A stretch of DNA of 64,000 bases, taken from assembly GCF_009914755.1 (NCBI RefSeq), contig NC_060944.1; one strand, written 5' to 3'. The notes under the pieces were generated by a model, which saw only the letters and a program-made list of their open reading frames with translations, was not told the origin of the DNA and searched no databases. Shown here piece by piece: positions 1 through 11,565 of this stretch. The stretch is from the human T2T-CHM13v2.0 reference genome, Homo sapiens. The position numbers and the translations under genes were made by a program. The stretch's first letter is position 1; the number at the start of each line of letters is the position of its first letter.

Positions 1-47
1 ACTCTTTTTGTGGAATATGCAAGTGGGTATTAGGCCAGCTTGGAGGA

Positions 48-64
48 TTTCGTTGGAAACGGGA
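48..64 (+). promoter_or_regulatory. CENP-B box 1 (protein-binding site; recurs in every HOR copy)
   Basis: TTTCGTTGGAAACGGGA matches the core NTTCGNNNNANNCGGGN. Confidence 0.95.
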
Positions 65-385
65 ATACGTATAAAAAGCAGACAGCAGCATTGTCAGAAA
101 CTACTTTGTGATGTTTGCATTCAAGTCACAGAATTGAACACTCCCTTTCACAGAGCAGGTTTGAAACACTCTTTTTGTAGTGTCTGTAAGTGAACATTTG
201 GATTGCTTTCAGGCCTAAGGTGAAAAAGGAAATATCTTCCCATAAAAACTAGACAGAAGCATTCTCAGAAACTTGTTTGTGATGTGTGCTCTCTACTGAC
301 AGAGTTGAACCTTTCTTTGCAAAGAGCAGTTTTGAAACACTCTTTTTGTAGAATCTGCAAGAGGATATTTGGATAGCTTTGAGGA

Positions 386-402
386 TTTCTTGGGAAACGG
401 GA
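386..402 (+). promoter_or_regulatory. Degenerate CENP-B box 2 (predicted non-binding; fixed in all copies)
   Basis: TTTCTTGGGAAACGGGA: the essential TTCG is changed to TTCT. Confidence 0.9.
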
Positions 403-727
403 ATGTCTTCAGATAAACTCTAGACAGAAGCATTCTCAGAAACTTCTTTGGGATGTTTCAATTGAAGTCACAGTGTTGAACATTCCCTTTCACAGAGCAG
501 GATTGAAACTCTCTTTTTGTAGTGTCTATAAGTGAACATTTGGCGTGCTTTCAGGCCTAACGTGAAAAAGGAAATATCTTCCCATAAAAACTAGACAGAA
601 GCATTCTCAGAAACTTGTTCTTGATGTGTCCCCTCTACTGACAGAGTTGAACCTTTCTTTGCAAAGAGCAGCTTTGAAACACTCTTTTTGTAGAATCTGC
701 AAGAGGATATTTGGATAGCTTGGAGGA

Positions 728-744
728 TTTCGTTGGAAACGGGT
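728..744 (+). promoter_or_regulatory. CENP-B box 3
   Basis: TTTCGTTGGAAACGGGT, core intact. Confidence 0.93.
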
Positions 745-1068
745 ATGTCTTCAGATAAACTCTAGACAGAAGCATTCTCAGAAACTTCTATGGGATGTTG
801 CATTCAAGTCACAGAGTAGAACATTCCCATTCATAGAGCAGATTTGAAACACTCTTTTTGTAGTATCTGGAAGTGGACATTTGGAGCGCTTTCAGGCCTA
901 TGTTGAAAAAGGAAATATCTTCCCATAAAAACTAGACGGAAGCATTCTCAGAAACTTATTTGTGATGTGTTTGCTCAACTAACAGGATTGAACCATCGTT
1001 TTGAAGGAGCAGTTTTGAAACACTGTTTTCGTGGAATCTGCAAGTGGATATTTGGCTAGCTTTGAGGA

Positions 1069-1085
1069 TTTCGTTGGAAACGGGA
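1069..1085 (+). promoter_or_regulatory. CENP-B box 4
   Basis: TTTCGTTGGAAACGGGA. Confidence 0.95.
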
Positions 1086-1235
1086 TTACATATAAAAAGG
1101 AGACAGCAGCATTCTCAGAAACTTCTTTGTGATGTCTGCATTCAATTCACAGAGTTGAGCATTCCCTTTCATAGAGCAGGTTGGAAACACTCTTTTTGTA
1201 GTATCTGGATGAGGACATTTGGAGCGCTTTCAGGC

Positions 1236-1252
1236 CTATGGTGAAAAAGGAA
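1236..1252 (+). promoter_or_regulatory. pJ-alpha (A-box) motif, representative of A-type monomers
   Basis: CTATGGTGAAAAAGGAA lies at the position homologous to the CENP-B box in alternate monomers. Its function is not established. Confidence 0.8.
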
Positions 1253-1406
1253 ATATCTTCCCGTAAAAACTAGACAGAAGCATTCTCAGAAGTTTATTTG
1301 TGATGTGTGCCCTCAACTAACAGAGTTGAACCTTTCTTTTGATAGAGCAGTTTTGAAACACACTTTTTGTAAAATCTGCAAGAGGATATTTGGATAGCTT
1401 TGAGGA

Positions 1407-1423
1407 TTTCGTTGCAAACGGGA
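1407..1423 (+). promoter_or_regulatory. CENP-B box 5 (variant at non-essential positions)
   Basis: TTTCGTTGCAAACGGGA, core intact. TTTCGTTTCAAACGGGA in U6-U11 and U13. Broken in U5. Confidence 0.88.
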
Positions 1424-1748
1424 ATGGCTTCATATAAACACTAGACAGAAGCATTCTCAGAAACTTCGTTGGGATGTTTCGATTGAAGTCCCAGTGTTGA
1501 ACATTCCCTTTTATAGAGCAGGTTGGAAACACTCTTTCTGCATTCCCTGGAAGTGGACATTTGGAGCGCTTTCAGGACGACGGTGAAAATGGAAATATCT
1601 TCCAAGAAAATCTAGATAGAAGCAATGTCAGAAACTTTTATGTGATGGATCTACTCAGCTAACAGAGTTGAACCTTTCTTTTGAGAGAGCAGTTTTGCAA
1701 CACTCTTTTTGTGGAATATGCAAGTGGATATTAGGGCAGCTTTGAGGA

Positions 1749-1765
1749 TTTCGTTGGAAACGGGA
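1749..1765 (+). promoter_or_regulatory. CENP-B box 6
   Basis: TTTCGTTGGAAACGGGA. Confidence 0.95.
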
Positions 1766-2086
1766 ATACATGTAAAAAGCAGACAGCAGCATTCTCAGAA
1801 ACTTCTTTGTGATGTTTGCATTGAAGTCACAGAGTTGAACATTCCCTTTGAGAGAGCAGGTTTGAAACACGCCTTTTGTCATATCTGGAAGTGTCCATTC
1901 GGAGCGCATTCAGGCTTGTGTTGAAAAAGGAAATATCCTCCCATAAAAACTAGACAGAAGCATTCTCAGAAACTTATCTGTGATGTATGTACTCAACTAA
2001 CAGAACTAAACCATCGTTTTGAAGGAGCAGTTTTGAAACACTCTTTTTGCGGAATCTGCAAGTGGATATTTGGCTAGCTGGGAGGA

Positions 2087-2103
2087 TTTCGTTGGAAACG
2101 GGA
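2087..2103 (+). promoter_or_regulatory. CENP-B box 7
   Basis: TTTCGTTGGAAACGGGA. Confidence 0.95.
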
Positions 2104-2424
2104 TTACATACAAAAAGCAGACAGCAGCATTCTCAGAAACTTCTTTGTGATGTTTGCATTCAAGTCACAGAGTTGAACATTCCCTTTCATAGAGCAGGTT
2201 TGAAACACTCTTTTTGTATTATCTGGATGTGGACATTTGGATCGCTTTCAGGACTATGGTGAAAAAGGAAATATCTTCCCATGAAAACTAGACAGAAGCA
2301 TTCTCAGAAACTTATTTGTGATGTGTGCCCTCAACTGACAGTGTTGAACCTTTGTTTTGATAGAGCAGTTCTGAAACACACTTTTTGTAAAATCTGCAAG
2401 AGGATATTTGGATAGCTTTGAGGA

Positions 2425-2441
2425 TTTCGTTGGAAACGGGA
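2425..2441 (+). promoter_or_regulatory. CENP-B box 8
   Basis: TTTCGTTGGAAACGGGA. Confidence 0.95.
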
Positions 2442-2726
2442 ATGTCTTCATGTAAACTCTAGACAGAAGCATTCTCAGAAACTGCTTTGGGATGTTTTAA
2501 TTGAAGTCCCAGTGTTGAACATTCCCATTCATAGAGCAGGTTTGAAACACTCTTTTTGTACTATCTGGAAGTGGACATTTGGAGCGCTTTCAGGTCTACG
2601 GTGAAAAAGGAGATATCTTCCAATAAAAACTAGATAGAAGCAATGTCAGAACTTTTTTCATGATGTATCTACTCAGCAAACAGAGTTGAACCTTTCTTTT
2701 GAGAGAGCAGTTTTGAAACACTCTTT

Positions 2727-5700
2727 TTGTGGAATATGCAAGTGGGTATTAGGCCAGCTTGGAGGATTTCGTTGGAAACGGGAATACGTATAAAAAGCAG
2801 ACAGCAGCATTGTCAGAAACTACTTTGTGATGTTTGCATTCAAGTCACAGAATTGAACACTCCCTTTCACAGAGCAGGTTTGAAACACTCTTTTTGTAGT
2901 GTCTGTAAGTGAACATTTGGATTGCTTTCAGGCCTAAGGTGAAAAAGGAAATATCTTCCCATAAAAACTAGACAGAAGCATTCTCAGAAACTTGTTTGTG
3001 ATGTGTGCCCTCTACTGACAGAGTTGAACCTTTCTTTGCAAAGAGCAGTTTTGAAACACTCTTTTTGTAGAATCTGCAAGAGGATATTTGGATAGCTTTG
3101 AGGATTTCTTGGGAAACGGGAATGTCTTCAGATAAACTCTAGACAGAAGCATTCTCAGAAACTTCTTTGGGATGTTTCAATTGAAGTCACAGTGTTGAAC
3201 ATTCCCTTTCACAGAGCAGGTTTGAAACACTCTTTTTGTAGTGTCTATAAGTGAACATTTGGCGTGCTTTCAGGCCTAACGTGAAAAAGGAAATATCTTC
3301 CCATAAAAACTAGACAGAAGCATTCTCAGAAACTTGTTCTTGATGTGTCCCCTCTACTGACAGAGTTGAACCTTTCTTTGCAAAGAGCAGCTTTGAAACA
3401 CTCTTTTTGTAGAATCTGCAAGAGGATATTTGGATAGCTTGGAGGATTTCGTTGGAAACGGGTATGTCTTCAGATAAACTCTAGACAGAAGCATTCTCAG
3501 AAACTTCTTTGGGATGTTGCATTCAAGTCACAGAGTAGAACATTCCCATTCATAGAGCAGATTTGAAACACTCTTTTTGTAGTATCTGGAAGTGGACATT
3601 TGGAGCGCTTTCAGGCCTATGTTGAAAAAGGAAATATCTTCCCATAAAAACTAGACGGAAGCATTCTCAGAAACTTACTTGTGATGTGTTTGCTCAACTA
3701 ACAGAATTGAACCATCGTTTTGAAGGAGCAGTTTTGAAACACTGTTTTCGTGGAATCTGCAAGTGGATATTTGGCTAGCTTTGAGGATTTCGTTGGAAAC
3801 GGGATTACATATAAAAAGGAGACAGCAGCATTCTCAGAAACTTCTTTGTGATGTCTGCATTCAAGTCACAGAGTTGAGCATTCCCTTTCATAGAGCAGGT
3901 TGGAAACACTCTTTTTGTAGTATCTGGATGAGGACATTTGGAGCGCTTTCAGGCCTATGGTGAAAAAGGAAATATCTTCCCGTAAAAACTAGACAGAAGC
4001 ATTCTCAGAAGTTTATTTGTGATGTGTGCCCTCAACTAACAGAGTTGAACCTTTCTTTTGATAGAGCAGTTTTGAAACACACTTTTTGTAAAATCTGCAA
4101 GAGGATATTTGGATAGCTTTGAGGATTTCGTTGCAAACGGGAATGGCTTCATATAAACACTAGACAGAAGCATTCTCAGAAACTTCGTTGGGATGTTTCG
4201 ATTGAAGTCCCAGTGTTGAACATTCCCTTTTATAGAGCAGGTTGGAAACACTCTTTCTGCATTCCCTGGAAGTGGACATTTGGAGCGCTTTCAGGACGAC
4301 GGTGAAAATGGAAATATCTTCCAAGAAAATCTAGATAGAAGCAATGTCAGAAACTTTTATGTGATGGATCTACTCAGCTAACAGAGTTGAACCTTTCTTT
4401 TGAGAGAGCAGTTTTGCAACACTCTTTTTGTGGAATATGCAAGTGGATATTAGGGCAGCTTTGAGGATTTCGTTGGAAACGGGAATACATGTAAAAAGCA
4501 GACAGCAGCATTCTCAGAAACTTCTTTGTGATGTTTGCATTGAAGTCACAGAGTTGAACATTCCCTTTGAGAGAGCAGGTTTGAAACACGCCTTTTGTCA
4601 TATCTGGAAGTGTCCATTCGGAGCACATTCAGGCTTGTGTTGAAAAAGGAAATATCCTCCCATAAAAACTAGACAGAAGCATTCTCAGAAACTTATCTGT
4701 GATGTATGTACTCAACTAACAGAACTAAACCATCGTTTTGAAGGAGCAGTTTTGAAACACTCTTTTTGCGGAATCTGCAAGTGGATATTTGGCTAGCTGG
4801 GAGGATTTCGTTGGAAACGGGATTACATACAAAAAGCAGACAGCAGCATTCTCAGAAACTTCTTTGTGATGTTTGCATTCAAGTCACAGAGTTGAACATT
4901 CCCTTTCATAGAGCAGGTTTGAAACACTCTTTTTGTAGTATCTGGATGTGGACATTTGGATCGCTTTCAGGCCTATGGTGAAAAAGGAAATATCTTCCCA
5001 TGAAAACTAGACAGAAGCATTCTCAGAAACTTATTTGTGATGTGTGCCCTCAACTGACAGTGTTGAACCTTTGTTTTGATAGAGCAGTTCTGAAACACAC
5101 TTTTTGTAAAATCTGCAAGAGGATATTTGGATAGCTTTGAGGATTTCGTTGGAAACGGGAATGTCTTCATGTAAACTCTAGACAGAAGCATTCTCAGAAA
5201 CTGCTTTGGGATGTTTCAATTGAAGTCCCAGTGTTGAACATTCCCTTTCATAGAGCAGGTTTGAAACACTCTTTTTGTACTATCTGGAAGTGGACATTTG
5301 GAGCGCTTTCAGGTCTACGGTGAAAAAGGAGATATCTTCCAATAAAAACTAGATAGAAGCAATGTCAGAACTTTTTTCATGATGTATCTACTCAGCAAAC
5401 AGAGTTGAACCTTTCTTTTGAGAGAGCAGTTTTGAAACACTCTTTTTGTGGAATATGCAAGTGGGTATTAGGCCAGCTTGGAGGATTTCGTTGGAAACGG
5501 GAATACGTATAAAAAGCAGACAGCAGCATTGTCAGAAACTACTTTGTGATGTTTGCATTCAAGTCACAGAATTGAACACTCCCTTTCACAGAGCAAGTTT
5601 GAAACACTCTTTTTGTAGTGTCTGTAAGTGAACATTTGGATTGCTTTCAGGCCTAAGGTGAAAAAGGAAATATCTTCCCATAAAAACTAGACAGAAGCAT

Positions 5701-8165
5701 TCTCAGAAACTTGTTTGTGATGTGTGCCCTCTACTGACAGAGTTGAACCTTTCTTTGCAAAGAGCAGTTTTGAAACACTCTTTTTGTAGAATCTGCAAGA
5801 GGATATTTGGATAGCTTTGAGGATTTCTTGGGAAACGGGAATGTCTTCAGATAAACTCTAGACAGAAGCATTCTCAGAAACTTCTTTGGGATGTTTCAAT
5901 TGAAGTCACAGTGTTGAACATTCCCTTTCACAGAGCAGGTTTGAAACACTCTTTTTGTAGTGTCTATAAGTGAACATTTGGCGTGCTTTCAGGCCTAACG
6001 TGAAAAAGGAAATATCTTCCCATAAAAACTAGACAGAAGCATTCTCAGAAACTTGTTCGTGATGTGTGTCCTCTAACTGACAGAGTTGAACCTTTCTTTG
6101 CAAAGAGCAGCTTTGAAACACTCTTTTTGTAGAATCTGCAAGAGGATATTTGGATAGCTTTGAGGATTTCGTTGGAAACGGGTATGTCTTCAGATAAACT
6201 CTAGACAGAAGCATTCTCAGAAACTTCTTTGGGATGTTGCATTCAAGTCACAGAGTAGAACATTCCCATTCATAGAGCAGATTTGAAACACTCTTTTTGT
6301 AGTATCTGGAAGTGGACATTTGGAGCGCTTTCAGGCCTATGTTGAAAAAGGAAATATCTTCCCATAAAAACTAGACGGAAGCATTCTCAGAAACTTACTT
6401 GTGATGTGTTTGCTCAACTAGCAGAATTGAACCATCGTTTTGAAGGAGCAGTTTTGAAACACTGTTTTCGTGGAATCTGCAAGTGGACATTTGGCTAGCT
6501 TTGAGGATTTCGTTGGAAACGGGATTACATATAAAAAGGAGACAGCAGCATTCTCAGAAACTTCTTTGTGATGTCTGCATTCAATTCACAGAGTTGAGCA
6601 TTCCCTTTCATAGAGCAGGTTGGAAACACTCTTTTTGTAGTATCTGGATGAGGACATTTGGAGCGCTTTCAGGCGTATGGTGAAAAAGGAAATATCTTCC
6701 CGTAAAAACTAGACAGAAGCATTCTCAGAAATTTATTTGTGATGTGTGCCCTCAACTAACAGAGTTGAACCTTTCTTTTGATACAGCAGTTTTGAAACAC
6801 TCTTTTTGTAAAATCTGCAAGAGGATATTTGGATAGCTTTGAGGATTTCGTTGCAAACGGGAATGGCTTCATATAAACTCTAGACAGAAGCATTCTCAGA
6901 AACTTCGTTGGGATGTTTCGATTGAAGTCCCAGTGTTGAACATTCCCTTTTATAGAGCGGGTTGGAAACACTCTTTCTGCATTCCCTGGAAGTGGACATT
7001 TGGAGCGCTTTCAGGACGACGGTGAAAATGGAAATATCTTCCAATAAAATCTAGATAGAAGCAACGTCAGAAACTTTTATGTGATGGATCTACTCAGCTA
7101 ACAGAGTTGAACCTTTCTTTTGAGAGAGCAGTTTTGCAACACTCTTTTTGTGGAATATGCAAGTGGATATTAGGGCAGCTTTGAGGATTTCGTTGGAAAC
7201 GGGAATACATGTAAAAAGCAGACAGCAGCATTCTCAGAAACTTCTTTGTGATGTTTGCATTGAAGTCACAGAGTTGAACATTCCCTTTGAGAGAGCAGGT
7301 TTGAAACACGCCTTTTGTCATATCTGGAAGTGTCCATTCGGAGCGCATTCAGGCTTGTGTTGAAAAAGGAAATATCCTCCCATAAAAACTAGACAGAAGC
7401 ATTCTCAGAAACTTATCTGTGATGTATGTACTCAACTAACAGAACTAAACCATCGTTTTGAAGGAGCAGTTTTGAAACACTCTTTTTGCGGAATCTGCAA
7501 GTGGATATTTGGCTAGCTGGGAGGATTTCGTTGGAAACGGGATTATATACAAAAAGCAGACAGCAGCATTCTCAGAAACTTCTTTGTGATGTTTGCATTC
7601 AAGTCACAGAGTTGAACATTCCCTTTCATAGAGCAGGTTTGAAACACTCTTTTTGTAGTATCTGGATGTGGACATTTGGATCGCTTTCAGGCCTATGGTG
7701 AAAAAGGAAATATCTTCCCATGAAAACTAGACAGAAGCATTCTCAGAAACTTATTTGTGATGTGTGCCCTCAACTGACAGTGTTGAACCTTTGTTTTGAT
7801 AGAGCAGTTCTGAAACACACTTTTTGTAAAATCTGCAAGAGGATATTTGGATAGCTTTGAGGATTTCGTTGGAAACGGGAATGTCTTCATGTAAACTCTA
7901 GACAGAAGCATTCTCAGAAACTGCTTTGGGATGTTTCAATTGAAGTCCCAGTGTTGAACATTCCCATTCATAGAGCAGGTTTGAAACACTCTTTTTGTAC
8001 TATCTGGAAGTGGACATTTGGAGCGCTTTCAGGTCTACGGTGAAAAAGGAGATATCTTCCAATAAAAACTAGATAGAAGCAATGTCAGAACTTTTTTCAT
8101 GATGTATCTACTCAGCAAACAGAGTTGAACCTTTCTTTTGAGAGAGCAGTTTTGAAACACTCTTT
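2727..8165 (+). repeat. HOR copies U2 (2719 bp) and U3 (2720 bp, 1-bp insertion)
   Basis: Anchor spacing 2727->5446->8166. U3 has CTCTAACTGA at 6071-6080 instead of CTCTACTGA. Confidence 0.95.
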
Positions 8166-11100
8166 TTGTGGAATATGCAAGTGGGTATTAGGCCAGCTTG
8201 GAGGATTTCGTTGGAAACGGGAATACGTATAAAAAGCAGACAGCAGCATTGTCAGAAACTACTTTGTGATGTTTGCATTCAAGTCACAGAATTGAACACT
8301 CCCTTTCACAGAGCAGGTTTGAAACACTCTTTTTCTAGTGTCTGTAAGTGAACATTTGGATTGCTTTCAGGCCTAAGGTGAAAAAGGAAATATCTTCCCA
8401 TAAAAACTAGACAGAAGCATTCTCAGAAACTTGTTTGTGATGTGTGCCCTCTACTGACAGAGTTGAACCTTTCTTTGCAAAGAGCAGTTTTGAAACACTC
8501 TTTTTGTAGAATCTGCAAGAGGATATTTGGATAGCTTTGAGGATTTCTTGGGAAACGGGAATGTCTTCAGATAAACTCTAGACAGAAGCATTCTCAGAAA
8601 CTTCTTTGGGATGTTTCAATTGAAGTCACAGTGTTGAACATTCCCTTTCACAGAGCAGGTTTGAAACACTCTTTTTGTAGTGTCTATAAGTGAACATTTG
8701 GCGTGCTTTCAGGCCTAACGTGAAAAAGGAAATATCTTCCCATAAAAACTAGACAGAAGCATTCTCAGAAACTTGTTCGTGATGTGTGCCCTCTAACTGA
8801 CAGAGTTGAACCTTTCTTTGCAAAGAGCAGCTTTGAAACACTCTTTTTGTAGAATCTGCAAGAGGATATTTGGATAGATTTGAGGATTTCGTTGGAAACG
8901 GGTATGTCTTCAGATAAACTCTAGACAGAAGCATTCTCAGAAACTTCTTTGGGATGTTGCATTCAAGTCACAGAGTAGAACATTCCCATTCATAGAGCAG
9001 ATTTGAAACACTCTTTTTGTAGTATCTGGAAGTGGACATTTGGAGCGCTTTCAGGCCTATGTTGAAAAAGGAAATATGTTCCCATAAAAACTAGACGGAA
9101 GCATTCTCAGAAACTTACTTGTGATGTGTTTGCTCAACTAACAGAATTGAACCATCGTTTTGAAGGAGCAGTTTTGAAACACTGTTTTCGTGGAATCTGC
9201 AAGTGGATATTTGGCTAGCTTTGAGGATTTCGTTGGAAACGGGATTACATATAAAAAGGAGACAGCAGCATTCTCAGAAACTTCTTTGTGATGTCTGCAT
9301 TCAAGTCACAGAGTTGAGCATTCCCTTTCATAGAGCAGGTTGGAAACACTCTTTTTGTAGTATCTGGATGAGGACATTTGGAGCGCTCTCAGGCCTATGG
9401 TGAAAAAGGAAATATCTTCCCGTAAAAACTAGACAGAAGCATTCTCAGAAATTTATTTGTGATGTGTGCCCTCAACTAACAGAGTTGAACCTTTCTTTTG
9501 ATAGAGCAGTTTTGAAACACTCTTTTTGTAAAATCTGCAAGAGGATATTTGGATAGCTTTGAGGATTTCGTTGCAAACGGGAATGGCTTCATATAAACTC
9601 TAGACAGAAGCATTCTCAGAAACTTCTTTGGGATGTTTCGATTGAAGTCCCAGTGTTGAACTTTCCCTTTTATAGAGCAGGTTGGAAACACTCTTTCTGC
9701 ATTCCCTGGAAGTGGACATTTGGAGCGCTTTCAGGACGACGGTGAAAATGGAAATATCTTCCAATAAAATCTAGATAGAAGCAACGTCAGAAACTTTTAT
9801 GTGATGGATCTACTCAGCTAACAGAGTTGAACCTTTCTTTTGAGAGAGCAGTTTTGCAACACTCTTTTTGTGGAATATGCAAGTGGATATTAGGGCAGCT
9901 TTGAGGATTTCGTTGGAAACGGGAATACATGTAAAAAGCAGACAGCAGCATTCTCAGAAACTTCTTTGTGATGTCTGCATTCAATTCACAGAGTTGAGCA
10001 TTCCCTTTCATAGAGCAGGTTGGAAACACTCTTTTTGTAGTATCTGGATGAGGACATTTGGAGCGCTTTCAGGCCTATGGTGAAAAAGGAAATATCTTCC
10101 CGTAAAAACTAGACAGAAGCATTCTCAGAAGTTTATTTGTGATGTGTGCCCTCAACTAACAGAGTTGAACCTTTCTTTTGATAGAGCAGTTTTGAAACAC
10201 ACTTTTTGTAAAATCTGCAAGAGGATATTTGGATAGCTTTGAGGATTTCGTTGCAAACGGGAATGGCTTCATATAAACACTAGACAGAAGCATTCTCAGA
10301 AACTTCGTTGGGATGTTTCGATTGAAGTCCCAGTGTTGAACATTCCCTTTTATAGAGCAGGTTGGAAACACTCTTTCTGCATTCCCTGGAAGTGGACATT
10401 TGGAGCGCTTTCAGGACGATGGTGAAAATGGAAATATCTTCCAAGAAAATCTAGATAGAAGCAATGTCAGAAACTTTTATGTGATGGATCTACTCAGCTA
10501 ACAGAGTTGAACCTTTCTTTTGAGAGAGCAGTTTTGCAACACTCTTTTTGTGGAATATGCAAGTGGATATTAGGGCAGCTTTGAGGATTTCGTTGGAAAC
10601 GGGAATACATGTAAAAAGCAGACAGCAGCATTCTCAGAAACTTCTTTGTGATGTTTGCATTGAAGTCACAGAGTTGAACATTCCCTTTGAGAGAGCAGGT
10701 TTGAAACACGCCTTTTGTCATATCTGGAAGTGTCCATTCGGAGCGCATTCAGGCTTGTGTTGAAAAAGGAAATATCCTCCCATAAAAACTAGACAGAAGC
10801 ATTCTCAGAAACTTATCTGTGATGTATGTACTCAACTAACAGAACTAAACCATCGTTTTGAAGGAGCAGTTTTGAAACACTCTTTTTGCGGAATCTGCAA
10901 GTGGATATTTGGCTAGCTGGGAGGATTTCGTTGGAAACGGGATTACATACAAAAAGCAGACAGCAGCATTCTCAGAAACTTCTTTGTGATGTTTGCATTC
11001 AAGTCACAGAGTTGAACATTCCCTTTCATAGAGCAGGTTTGAAACACTCTTTTTGTATTATCTGGATGTGGACATTTGGATCGCTTTCAGGACTATGGTG

Positions 11101-11565
11101 AAAAAGGAAATATCTTCCCATGAAAACTAGACAGAAGCATTCTCAGAAACTTATTTGTGATGTGTGCCCTCAACTGACAGTGTTGAACCTTTGTTTTGAT
11201 AGAGCAGTTCTGAAACACACTTTTTGTAAAATCTGCAAGAGGATATTTGGATAGCTTTGAGGATTTCGTTGGAAACGGGAATGTCTTCATGTAAACTCTA
11301 GACAGAAGCATTCTCAGAAACTGCTTTGGGATGTTTTAATTGAAGTCCCAGTGTTGAACATTCCCATTCATAGAGCAGGTTTGAAACACTCTTTTTGTAC
11401 TATCTGGAAGTGGACATTTGGAGCGCTTTCAGGTCTACGGTGAAAAAGGAGATATCTTCCAATAAAAACTAGATAGAAGCAATGTCAGAACTTTTTTCAT
11501 GATGTATCTACTCAGCAAACAGAGTTGAACCTTTCTTTTGAGAGAGCAGTTTTGAAACACTCTTT
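8166..11565 (+). repeat. HOR structural variant U4, 20-mer (3400 bp)
   Basis: Anchor spacing 3400 = 2720+680. After the box-6 monomer the sequence returns to the A monomer that normally follows box 4 (junction 9940-9974). Confidence 0.95.

Larger units (their letters stand above)
8..2726 (+). repeat. HOR copy U1, canonical 16-mer (8 A/B dimers)
   Basis: B-box positions 48, 386, 728, 1069, 1407, 1749, 2087, 2425, next 2767. Spacings 338+342+341+338+342+338+338+342 = 2719. Confidence 0.97.

Noticed and set aside
1027-1043. TTTCGTGGAATCTGCAA as an additional CENP-B box
   Set aside because: It has no CGGG half-site.
1464-1480. CTTCGTTGGGATGTTTC, resembling the left half of a CENP-B box at an ectopic position
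   Set aside because: It lacks the essential A and CGGG, and is a point variant of CTTCTTTGGGATG.
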